From assembly GCA_037444485.1 (NCBI GenBank), contig JBBIMI010000019.1, forward strand, positions 1 to 16,853: 16,853 nucleotides of DNA, in the 5' to 3' direction. Of the stretch, positions 7,833 through 15,346 are shown in pieces. The position numbers were made by a program, and so were the translations under genes. Source of the DNA: Candidatus Micrarchaeota archaeon (lineage in GTDB: Archaea; Micrarchaeota; Micrarchaeia; Norongarragalinales; Norongarragalinaceae). A model generated the notes under the pieces. It had not been told where the DNA came from. It made no database searches and saw only the letters and a list, made by a program, of their open reading frames with translations. How positions within the stretch are numbered: position 1 is the stretch's first letter; each line of letters begins with the position of its first letter.

Positions 7833-8345
7833 GTGAAAAAAAGTTTGGCTAGAAAAGAAGGTGGAATTGCTGGAAAGACTTTCGCGGATTACTGGAAAGT
7901 AATACAACTGCCAGTAATCGTGCTCGTCGTTTGGGCGGTAATCCAAACCGCGGTGCAGATGGCCGCGCCGATGATGGGCTGGGGGGTTGGAGCGATTGGA
8001 ATGCTGATCAGCTTGATCGCGTTACTCTACGTCGGCTGGAGCGGCGTTAAAAATTATAAGCTCGACCTCGCGCAAAGCGCAGTCGCAGGCGCGCTGACGG
8101 CCGTAATCGCTGGCGTAGTCGCCTTGATTCTGGCGGTACTGGCGTTCGCCGCAGTCGGCACTGCAGTAGCCGGCGCTGCGGGCATGATGGGATACGGCGC
8201 GGGCTACGGCGTTCCAGCAGCCGCGATGGGCGGTTTCGTGATCGGCGCGTTGATAATAGGCAGAATCTTCGGCCTTATAGTCGGCGCGATCGTGGGCGCG
8301 ATTCTCGCCGCAATCGGCGCAGTCGTCGCGCAGAACGTGAAGTAA
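7833..8345 (+). CDS. Gly/Ala-rich multi-pass membrane protein
   Basis: Four or five hydrophobic segments with GxxxG repeats (e.g. GLIVGAIVGAILAAIGAVV) and high GC at third codon positions. The exact start is uncertain. Confidence 0.8.
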   Translation: MKKSLARKEGGIAGKTFADYWKVIQLPVIVLVVWAVIQTAVQMAAPMMGWGVGAIGMLISLIALLYVGWSGVKNYKLDLAQSAVAGALTAVIAGVVALILAVLAFAAVGTAVAGAAGMMGYGAGYGVPAAAMGGFVIGALIIGRIFGLIVGAIVGAILAAIGAVVAQNVK

Positions 8346-8352
8346 AGCGGCG

Positions 8353-8532
8353 AATCGAACGCGCTTCGCGCACCGGCCGCCCTCCCGCAATTCCAGGCGC
8401 GTTCACGCGCGCCCGACGCTCTGCGCAAACCAACGCGCTCGCTTCGAAGCCGATTTCCTCGCCCATCAGCCCCACGCACTCGTCCACGTTGACCGAGAGT
8501 TCCGGAAGAACCGCGTTGCTCACCACGAATCC
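8353..8532 (-). pseudogene. Probable C-terminal remnant of a site-specific DNA amino-methyltransferase, fused in frame to the tnpA remnant
   Basis: GFVVSNAV...VNVDE...GEEIGFE...ERR...RPVRE resembles the 'VVGN...VD.....E.GF......R...RE' tail of N4/N6 DNA methylases. This is pattern recognition only. Confidence 0.45.
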
Positions 8533-8794
8533 CGCGCTCGCGTCCTTCAACAGCATGGCAGCACGAGCAGGACTCGCGTCCGCGCGAAGCTGCGCGACCA
8601 CGTGCACGTGGTCGCTCATCACGGCGACTTCAAGCAACTCAATCCCGTGCCGTTCAGCGGCACGCTTGAGGCTTGCTTCGCAAGCCTTTAAAAATTCTTC
8701 CAGCTTCAACACCTCAAAAACAGTATTTCGCGCACTACTGCAAATGCGCCGTCCGCGCGTTCTGTCTCGGACAATGCTGGCTCACGCTAGACAT
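8533..8794 (-). pseudogene. tnpA: Decayed IS200/IS605-family Y1 (HUH) transposase
   Basis: ATG 8794 follows GGAGG. HLQ*CAKYCF matches the HxxWxxKYR motif with a TAG at 8737-8735, then a +1 frameshift at 8716-8720. The frame continues ...VMSDHVHVV...LLKDASA and is truncated before the catalytic Tyr helix. Confidence 0.88.
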
Positions 8795-8905
8795 GACTTA
8801 CGCCTCCGGCGGCGCAACATCCGCGCCGCTAAGAAGGCATTATAATCGCAAAGAATTTAGGGTTAATTCATCCCACGACTGAACTCGTGGGATTTCTCAG
8901 CCAAA
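8533..8905 (-). mobile_element. Partial IS200-type element: left end with subterminal hairpin plus tnpA remnant; no right end seen
   Basis: Hairpin ATCCCACGA-6 nt-TCGTGGGAT at 8870-8893 lies upstream of tnpA. 8829-8905 matches 16777-16853 in inverted orientation at 75/77 nt. Confidence 0.85.
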
Positions 8906-9825
8906 CGCATTAAGAACTCTAACGTTTCCGCCAATCCGTTTTTGAAAGAGTATTCTGGTTTAAATCCAAGCACGCGCTTTGCTTTTGAAACGTCAATCGG
9001 ATTGCGTTTTGGTTCTCCACGCAATGGCTTCAAGCGCTTCACTCGCGCCTTCAAGCCCGTAAGCTCTTCAAGCGTTTCCACGAGTTCATTCACGCTCGTC
9101 TCTTCACCGCTTGCAACGTTGAAAACCTCGCCCCACGCTTTCGCGCTCTTCCACGCGAGCAGCGTCGCGTTAACGGTGTCTTTGACGAAAGTAAACTGGC
9201 GAGTTTGCTTCCCGTCGCCGTAAACAGTCAACGGCTTGCGGGCGAGAATCGCGCGCGCGAATTTTGGTATCACTGCAGCGTATTCAATGTCAGCATTCTG
9301 GCGCGGGCCGAACACGCTCGCGTAACGCAAGCTCGTAGTCTTCAAACCGTAAAGCTCGTGATAAACGCGGCAGTATTCTTCGCCAGCGAGTTTGCTTACG
9401 CCGTAAGGGTGAAGCGGGCGCGGCGTCTGCGTTTCTTTGCAGGGTTTTTCGCCTCCGCCGTACACCGAGCTGCTTGAAGCGAAAACGAATTTCTTGACGC
9501 CTTTCCTGCGCGAAGCTTCAAGCAAGTTGAGAGTGCCGTTGACGTTTACAGCGTTCGCTTCCAAGGGTGCGGTAATGCTTTTCTGCGCGCGGTTCATCGC
9601 CGCAAGGTGAAAAACAGAATTACAGCCGTCAACAATTTTTTCGACGAGCGCGTAATCGCGTACGTCGCCGACGACGACGCGCGCGCCCTTGCGTTCAAGC
9701 AAAGGCACGTTTTGTCTGCCGACGCTCAAGTTGTCGAGAACGACGACGCCGAGTCCTTGCGCAATCAATGCTTCTGCGAGATGGCTCCCAATAAAGCCAG
9801 CTCCGCCGGTAACTAAAACCTTCAT
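8863..9825 (-). CDS. NAD-dependent epimerase/dehydratase (extended SDR; UDP-Glc/GlcNAc 4-epimerase-like)
   Basis: MKVLVTGGAGFIG, FHLAA, ASSSSVYG, YGVSK (YxxxK) and GDGKQTR. The last ~13 codons and the stop come from the IS end. The ORF track starts at 9858. Confidence 0.93.
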   Translation of the reverse strand: MKVLVTGGAGFIGSHLAEALIAQGLGVVVLDNLSVGRQNVPLLERKGARVVVGDVRDYALVEKIVDGCNSVFHLAAMNRAQKSITAPLEANAVNVNGTLNLLEASRRKGVKKFVFASSSSVYGGGEKPCKETQTPRPLHPYGVSKLAGEEYCRVYHELYGLKTTSLRYASVFGPRQNADIEYAAVIPKFARAILARKPLTVYGDGKQTRQFTFVKDTVNATLLAWKSAKAWGEVFNVASGEETSVNELVETLEELTGLKARVKRLKPLRGEPKRNPIDVSKAKRVLGFKPEYSFKNGLAETLEFLMRLAEKSHEFSRGMN

Positions 9826-9902
9826 TTTTGGAAACCTGAATTTTTTTACGAAAAACACTTATTAAAATCCTATCGCAGTAAATCATGCAGTAAATCATTC
9901 AA

Positions 9903-10109
9903 TAAACCAATAAAACAAAAAATAAAAACTCAAAACAAAAAAACAAAACAAAGACAAATCAAAAGAAAACAAAAAACAAGTCAAAACAGAAAACAACAAA
10001 CAAAAATAAAACAGCAAAACAGTTAAACAAAACAAAAACAAAACAACTAAAGAAAACAAAAACAAAAACAACAAGAAAAAAATAAAACAGAAAACAAAAA
10101 CGGAAAAAG
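9903..10109. repeat. Low-complexity A(n)C tract between divergent genes
   Basis: About 200 nt dominated by AAAAC, AAAC and AAAACAG units. Confidence 0.85.
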
Positions 10110-10147
10110 ATTTTTAAAAGATTTTTTGTCACTTTTTTGTCGGAAAG

Positions 10148-11491
10148 GTGGTCGCAGTGGACTTATTAAACAAAATCAAGGCGAGGAAAGCCGCGGTGTG
10201 CATAGTCGGCGGAGGTTACGTCGGTCTTCCCAACGCCGTTTTATTCGTTGAAAAAGGTTTCGACGTTACAATCGCGGACTTGAGCGAACGCGTGGTGTGC
10301 ATGACGAATGAAGGCAAGAGCCACATTAAAGACCCGGTTTTAGAGCAAAGCGTTCCACGCGCGTTCAAGACAGGCCGCTTGCGCGCGACGATGGACGTCG
10401 CCAACGCTGCAGAAAAAAGCGACGTGATAATTATTTCTGTGCCCACGCCAACGAAAAACAACGAGCCGGACTTGAGTTATATTGAAGCTGCAAGCAAGGA
10501 CGTCGGCAAGGGACTCGCAGCTGCTGGCGGAAAGAAAGAAAAACTAGTAGTGCTCGAAAGCACTGTTTACCCAAGCGTCTGCCACACGATAATAAAGCAG
10601 ATTCTCGAGCGCGAGTCGAAACTCGCGTGCGGAAAACACTTTTTCCTCGCGCATTGTCCAGAACGCTTGAATCCAGGCGACAACGAGCACGCGGTGCGCG
10701 TTACCCCGCGAATTGTCGGCGGGGTTGACGCGCGGTCAGGCGAGTTAGCGCAAGTCTTGTACGAGTCCGTAGTTGAAGCGAAAATATTCCGCGTTTCAGA
10801 CATGGACACTGCAGAACTCGTTAAGCTCGTCGAAAACACGCAACGCGATTTAAACATTGCTTTCATTAATGAAATCGCGTTGGTCTGCGAGAAAATAGGG
10901 GTTGACGTGAAGGAAGTGATTGAAGCCTGCGACACGAAATGGAATTTTTATAAAGTTTGGCCGGGCCCGGGCGTAGGCGGACACTGCCTACCGAATAATC
11001 CGTACTACATCCTCAAGCGCGCCGAGCAAGCAGGCTTCCACCCCAAGCTCATGATGTTAGGCAGGCAAATAAACGATTCAATGATGCACCACGCAGTCGA
11101 ATTGATTCAAGACGCATTAAAAAAAGCTGGGCTCTCACTCAAAAACACTCGAATCGCTTTACTCGGAATTTCTTACAAGCCGAACGTTGACGACGTGCGT
11201 CAAGCGCCCTCACGCGCCATCGCGCAAGAACTGCGCGATAAAGGCGTGGATTTGATTGTCAGTGATCCACACGTTAACGAAGTCAATGCGAAGAAAGTGC
11301 ACGACAAGATAGTCTCGCTCGAGGAAGCGCTGAAAGCAGATTGTCTCGTTTTCCTTCAAGCGCACGACGAGTACAAGAAGCTGGACTTGACGAAAACGCG
11401 CGCGAAAGCTGTCGTAGATCTCGCGTTCTTGTTCGACGAAAAACGCATTCCGAAAAACTGTGTTTATAAACGCATTGGAAAAGGAAATTAA
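10148..11491 (+). CDS. Nucleotide-sugar dehydrogenase (UDP-N-acetylhexosamine 6-dehydrogenase, WecC/WbpO-like)
   Basis: GGGYVGLP Rossmann motif, VPTP, ESTVYP, CPERLNPG, KLVENT.RDLNIA, catalytic GVGGHCLP and GISYKPNVDDVR. A TATA-like TTTTTAAA lies at 10111-10118. Confidence 0.95.
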   Translation: MVAVDLLNKIKARKAAVCIVGGGYVGLPNAVLFVEKGFDVTIADLSERVVCMTNEGKSHIKDPVLEQSVPRAFKTGRLRATMDVANAAEKSDVIIISVPTPTKNNEPDLSYIEAASKDVGKGLAAAGGKKEKLVVLESTVYPSVCHTIIKQILERESKLACGKHFFLAHCPERLNPGDNEHAVRVTPRIVGGVDARSGELAQVLYESVVEAKIFRVSDMDTAELVKLVENTQRDLNIAFINEIALVCEKIGVDVKEVIEACDTKWNFYKVWPGPGVGGHCLPNNPYYILKRAEQAGFHPKLMMLGRQINDSMMHHAVELIQDALKKAGLSLKNTRIALLGISYKPNVDDVRQAPSRAIAQELRDKGVDLIVSDPHVNEVNAKKVHDKIVSLEEALKADCLVFLQAHDEYKKLDLTKTRAKAVVDLAFLFDEKRIPKNCVYKRIGKGN

Positions 11492-11550
11492 AAGACGGAA
11501 AAGGAAATTAAAAAGAAAAATTGGAAACGGGTTTTGAAAGGTAATTCGAT

Positions 11551-12672
11551 TTGAAAATCCTGGTTTTCAACGCCGGAAAATTCGCCAGCGTAGAAGGCGC
11601 GGTCGTCCGCTTCAAGCACTTGATTATCGAGCGAGGGTTCGATAAAATCGTGTGGGTCGACCCTGTAACTTCCCGCTCTTACTACAAGACTGAAGACCTC
11701 GACATGCGAATTCCGGAAAACGTGGTGCTCGTGCCTGGCGGCAAGTGCGCTGCAAATCCCGCGCTTGAACTAGCCGCGCGCGAGAAACACTTTCTCGCAG
11801 CTGCCAAGCGTTTCGCGAGTTGGGCGGACGCAAGTGTTTTCTACAACCCTTGGGGCACTTTCCTTGCACGCAACCACTTGAGGAAAGCCGGCGTGCCCCT
11901 CGTGTTCGACTACATTGACTTGATGCACGCATTCCGCAAGAACCCGGTCGAACGCGCGGTTGCTTGGAAGTCAACGGTTCAAGCGTTCAAACAAAGCGAT
12001 TTCATTATTGCAAGCTCGCGCAAGCTTTACGAAATCGCGTCGCGCTACAATGAAAACTCGATTTTGATTCCTAACGGGGTTGACTGCGCGAAACTCGCGA
12101 AAATCAAGCCCAAGAAAATCAAGCGTCCCGCAGTTGGTTTCGTGGGCGGCTTCGGCGATTGGGTTGACTTCGCTGCAGTAATTCCTACAGTGCGCGAGTT
12201 AAAGCACGTTCACTTTTACTTCATCGGCGACGGAGTGCAGAGAAAGTTTTTGGAGAACGAGTCGAAAGATTTGAAGAACGTTTTCATTTCAAAGCAATTC
12301 TTGCCTTACGATGAAGCGAAAGCGTGGATGGCTGCTTTCGATGCTTGCCTGATTCCCTTCAAGATAAACGAGTTGACTGACGCCGTCTGTCCTCTCAAGC
12401 TCTTCGAATACTGGGCGCTCAAGCGACCAACCATCTGCACACCGACTTACGAAATCAAGAGCATTGCAACGCGCGGCGAAACGCTTTTCGCGAGAACGCC
12501 TAGCGAGTGGACTGAAAAAATCGATTTGCTGCTGTCCGACAAGCGTCTTGCGCGAAGCACTGCATTGAAAGGTTATGTGAAAGCCAAAAAATACGACTGG
12601 CGCTTGCTTTCAAAAAAATACAGGAAGGCATTAAAGAGTGTTATAGAACTAAAATTAGAAAAACGAAATTAA
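11551..12672 (+). CDS. Glycosyltransferase, GT-B fold family 4
   Basis: IPNGVD, GFVGGF..WVD, FIGDG, D..LIPF, PLKLFEYWA and YDW. Confidence 0.9.
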   Translation: MKILVFNAGKFASVEGAVVRFKHLIIERGFDKIVWVDPVTSRSYYKTEDLDMRIPENVVLVPGGKCAANPALELAAREKHFLAAAKRFASWADASVFYNPWGTFLARNHLRKAGVPLVFDYIDLMHAFRKNPVERAVAWKSTVQAFKQSDFIIASSRKLYEIASRYNENSILIPNGVDCAKLAKIKPKKIKRPAVGFVGGFGDWVDFAAVIPTVRELKHVHFYFIGDGVQRKFLENESKDLKNVFISKQFLPYDEAKAWMAAFDACLIPFKINELTDAVCPLKLFEYWALKRPTICTPTYEIKSIATRGETLFARTPSEWTEKIDLLLSDKRLARSTALKGYVKAKKYDWRLLSKKYRKALKSVIELKLEKRN

Positions 12673-13020
12673 AAGCATGTTAAAAGCGTAATGCGGCGCT
12701 ATCATTAATGAATCATTAATGCAGCCCCATCATCTTGATGGTCGATCAGCGCAGCACTAATCAAAAACGCGCCAGAACACTATCAAAAATACTGTTGAAG
12801 AGCCCTGCAGTCAACCGAAAATACAGCCAACCGAAAACAAAGTAAAACTAAAACAAGATTGAAGACAAAACAAGATTGAAGATAAAGCTGGGTAAGAAAA
12901 CAAGCAACAAAAAACAACGTTAAAAACAAGGGGTCGAAGCAAAAAAAGTTTAAAAAACAAGAAACGACGTTGAAAAAAGTTGTAAAGCATTGAAAAAAGT
13001 GTTATAAGAGGCGTTGTAGA

Positions 13021-13962
13021 ATGTCGTTAAAACCGTTGAAGCACGTCGCGCGAAGGACGGCGAGGAAACTCGCGGCTACAGTAGCTCCATTATTGTTCAA
13101 GAAATACTTTTACCAGCGTGAAGACAAGCAAAATAAACGCGTTTCGTGGAAAGGCAAGCGCGCTGCAGTCACGTTAAGCTTCGACCCTGACTATCCTGAA
13201 GACGTGCACGCGATTCCGAAGCTTCTCGAGCAACTCGACTCGTTCGGCTTTCGCGCTTCCTTCGCTTGCGTTGGCAAGTGGGTTGAAGCTTTCCCGAAAA
13301 TTCACGGCAAGATTCTAGACGCGAAAAGCGAAATCGTCAACCACACGCTCACGCACCCGAATAACGAGTTGTTGAATCCCAGCGAGTTTTTCAACGAGCT
13401 TGACGAACGCCGCATGGAAGAAGAAATCGTTGGCTTCGAACGCGTTTGCGAAAAACTCTTCGACTGTAAGCCAGTTGGTTTTCGAAGCCCGCACTTCGGC
13501 GACTTGCATTCGCAAAGCGTTTACGACGTTCTTGAACGCCGTGGTTACTTGTATTCCAGTTCAACAAATTTAACTCGCACCGACTCGCATGGTTTTCCCT
13601 ACCACCCGTCTAAAAAAAATTTTTTGAAAAGCGCTGCGCGTGACAGCGCTTACAAACTGCTTGAACTGCCAGTAATGTCGTGCCCCCAGCATTACTTTCC
13701 CGTCTTCGACTCGTGGCACTGCTTCCGCGCTTCTCCCCCCGCGCACTTCAAGAAAGGCGAGTTCGCGCGCGTCTTCGCGCAAGCAATCGACTACGCGCTC
13801 GAGTACGGGATTCATGCAAATTTTTACTTCGACCCGCGGGACGTGTTCGACTTGAAGGACTTCACGCGAGCGCTCGAATACTTGAACAAGAAAAAGAAGG
13901 AATTGTGGGTTTCGCCCAGCGTTGAAATCGCGCGCTTTTGGCTCAATAGGTGGCATAGGTGA
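13021..13962 (+). CDS. Polysaccharide deacetylase (CE4/NodB-type)
   Basis: LSFDPD (motif 1), EIVNHTLTHP (HxxxH), GFRSP, YSSS and ELP. GAGGCG RBS. Confidence 0.88.
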   Translation: MSLKPLKHVARRTARKLAATVAPLLFKKYFYQREDKQNKRVSWKGKRAAVTLSFDPDYPEDVHAIPKLLEQLDSFGFRASFACVGKWVEAFPKIHGKILDAKSEIVNHTLTHPNNELLNPSEFFNELDERRMEEEIVGFERVCEKLFDCKPVGFRSPHFGDLHSQSVYDVLERRGYLYSSSTNLTRTDSHGFPYHPSKKNFLKSAARDSAYKLLELPVMSCPQHYFPVFDSWHCFRASPPAHFKKGEFARVFAQAIDYALEYGIHANFYFDPRDVFDLKDFTRALEYLNKKKKELWVSPSVEIARFWLNRWHR

Positions 13963-14015
13963 CTACACTCGCACGGATTTGCAGTCACCTGATTGTTATA
14001 ACTTTACCCTGATTG

Positions 14016-15034
14016 TTATGACTTTACTCCAAATCCGCGCCAGCTTTTGCCGAGAAACGAAGTGACGCGAATGTTCTTCAAGCCAGCGCGCTTGAACCAA
14101 CCGAGAAATTCCTCGCGCGTGTAATAGTTGTTCACTTGCGTGGATAGAAAGTCGAACGAATCAGCGTGCTTGACGCGGAAAGGGAAATTCGCGTAGTACT
14201 TGAACGGCAAGCGCTCCGCGAGGCATTCAACCCGATTTTCTTGAAGAACTTGTACAACAAATTCACTGAATGGTAGAGCAACGCGGGCAGGACGCAGAGC
14301 GCGTAAAGCACTTTAAAAGGCAAGTGCTTGGCGACCGCGTGAATGCCTTCCATCACGCGCGTTTTGAAGAAACGGCCTTCGCGTCCGTAAACCCAAACAA
14401 AAATCTCGTCGCCGCTGCGCAGCAGTCGCGTCAGCGCGCGGAAGCCGCCTTCAGGCTCAGGCAAGTGGTGTAACACGCCGATTGAAAACACGAAGTCAAA
14501 CTTTTTTTTTAGTGGCGGGTGCAGCAAGTCCGCCTGCACTACGTGCGTCAGCGCGAAGGGTGCGAGGTTGTCGCGCGCAGCCTCGACGGCTTCACTCAAG
14601 TCCAGCGCGACTACCTCGGCGCCGTACTTTGCGGCGTAAAAAGAGTGGCGGCCGAAGCCAGCGCCAGCGTCGAGGACGAGCTTGTTTTTGAAGAACGCTG
14701 GTTTGAGCGGGTGCACGTAGTTCAAAAAGTTTTTTTCGTATTCTGGATGCATTTCGCGGAAGGTTTTCCACTGGAATCCGAAGCTCGCGCCGGTCTTCAA
14801 CTGGTGGGTTGAGCTTGCCAGCGTTACGCGACGCATTTTTTTGGGCAAGCGGTTCGCGTGCTTTTCCAGAAACTCTTTGTGCTTGCCTACGAACTCGTCG
14901 AACAAGTCGTCTGAAAGCAAGAGCGGAATCGAGTTGATTACTGGAAACCAGCGCCCGCACGCGCATGATAGGATGCCTTCAACAACGTCGCGTTTGAAAC
15001 TCGCGGGATCGAGTTTTTTTCGCGCGCACGCCAA
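14016..15034 (-). pseudogene. Class I SAM-dependent methyltransferase with a partial N-terminal Trm112-like domain, frameshifted at ~14220
   Basis: EGILSC.CGRWFPVINSIP, SFGFQW, VLDAGAGFGR, FDFVFSIGVLHH and WVY. One missing base at GCC(C)TC restores NALAERLPFKYY...DSFDFLS...WFKRAGL. The N-terminus looks truncated (in-frame stop at 15061-15059). Confidence 0.85.
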
Positions 15035-15063
15035 AAAAACGCTAGCGAAAAAGTGAAGTCAAC

Positions 15064-15078
15064 CGAAACCTTTAAAAA
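15064..15078 (+). promoter_or_regulatory. Archaeal BRE/TATA promoter (CGAAACC TTTAAAAA)
   Basis: Matches the BRE plus TTTAWAWA consensus. It sits 29 nt before the structured element at 15107, with no plus-strand ORF directly downstream. Confidence 0.55.
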
Positions 15079-15106
15079 GGAGGCGCGCATGTATAGTTGC
15101 TTGCTT

Positions 15107-15247
15107 GGGCGCGCGCGGGATAGTGACCCGTGAAGATTTCCTAGTAAGGCAACGTCGCGGGTCGTTCTCGGCGCTAGCAGCGAAAACACGGCGAAATACC
15201 AGCGTGAATTCGTTGGTTTGCGCGGCGGATGCGAACGGCGCGCGCCC
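15107..15247 (+). ncRNA. Candidate structured non-coding RNA of unknown family
   Basis: A perfect 10-bp terminal stem, GGGCGCGCGC/GCGCGCGCCC, encloses two long hairpins. Five G-U pairs favour the + strand, and a promoter lies upstream. Confidence 0.55.
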
Positions 15248-15346
15248 CTTCCGCGCGAAGAAAGAGTTTTAAGCAGAGTAAACCATATTAGAGCTATATA
15301 AAAACTGCCACATTAAAAACTGTTTCTGAAGCATTCTGAAGCAATT

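Noticed and set aside
8275..8712. 145-aa ORF as an active transposase
   Set aside because: The N-terminal motif is cut off by a stop and a frameshift, the catalytic Tyr region is missing, and the tail is unrelated sequence overlapping the convergent gene.
12673..12830. Small palindromes (CATTAATG, CATCATCTTGATG) as a regulatory RNA
   Set aside because: The stems are short and partly explained by a local tandem duplication, with no coherent fold.
14938..15189. Minus-strand ORF with ATG 15090 as the true methyltransferase N-terminus
   Set aside because: It is out of frame with the gene, lacks a convincing Trm112 CPxC start, and overlaps a plus-strand promoter motif. It is not fully excluded.
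15107..15247. Assignment of the structured element to 5S rRNA, SRP RNA, tRNA or an HDV-like ribozyme
   Set aside because: Only fragmentary resemblances (GAAAACACGG, AGCAGC, CTAGTAA, TCCTAGT) appear, in the wrong order or without the required partner helices.
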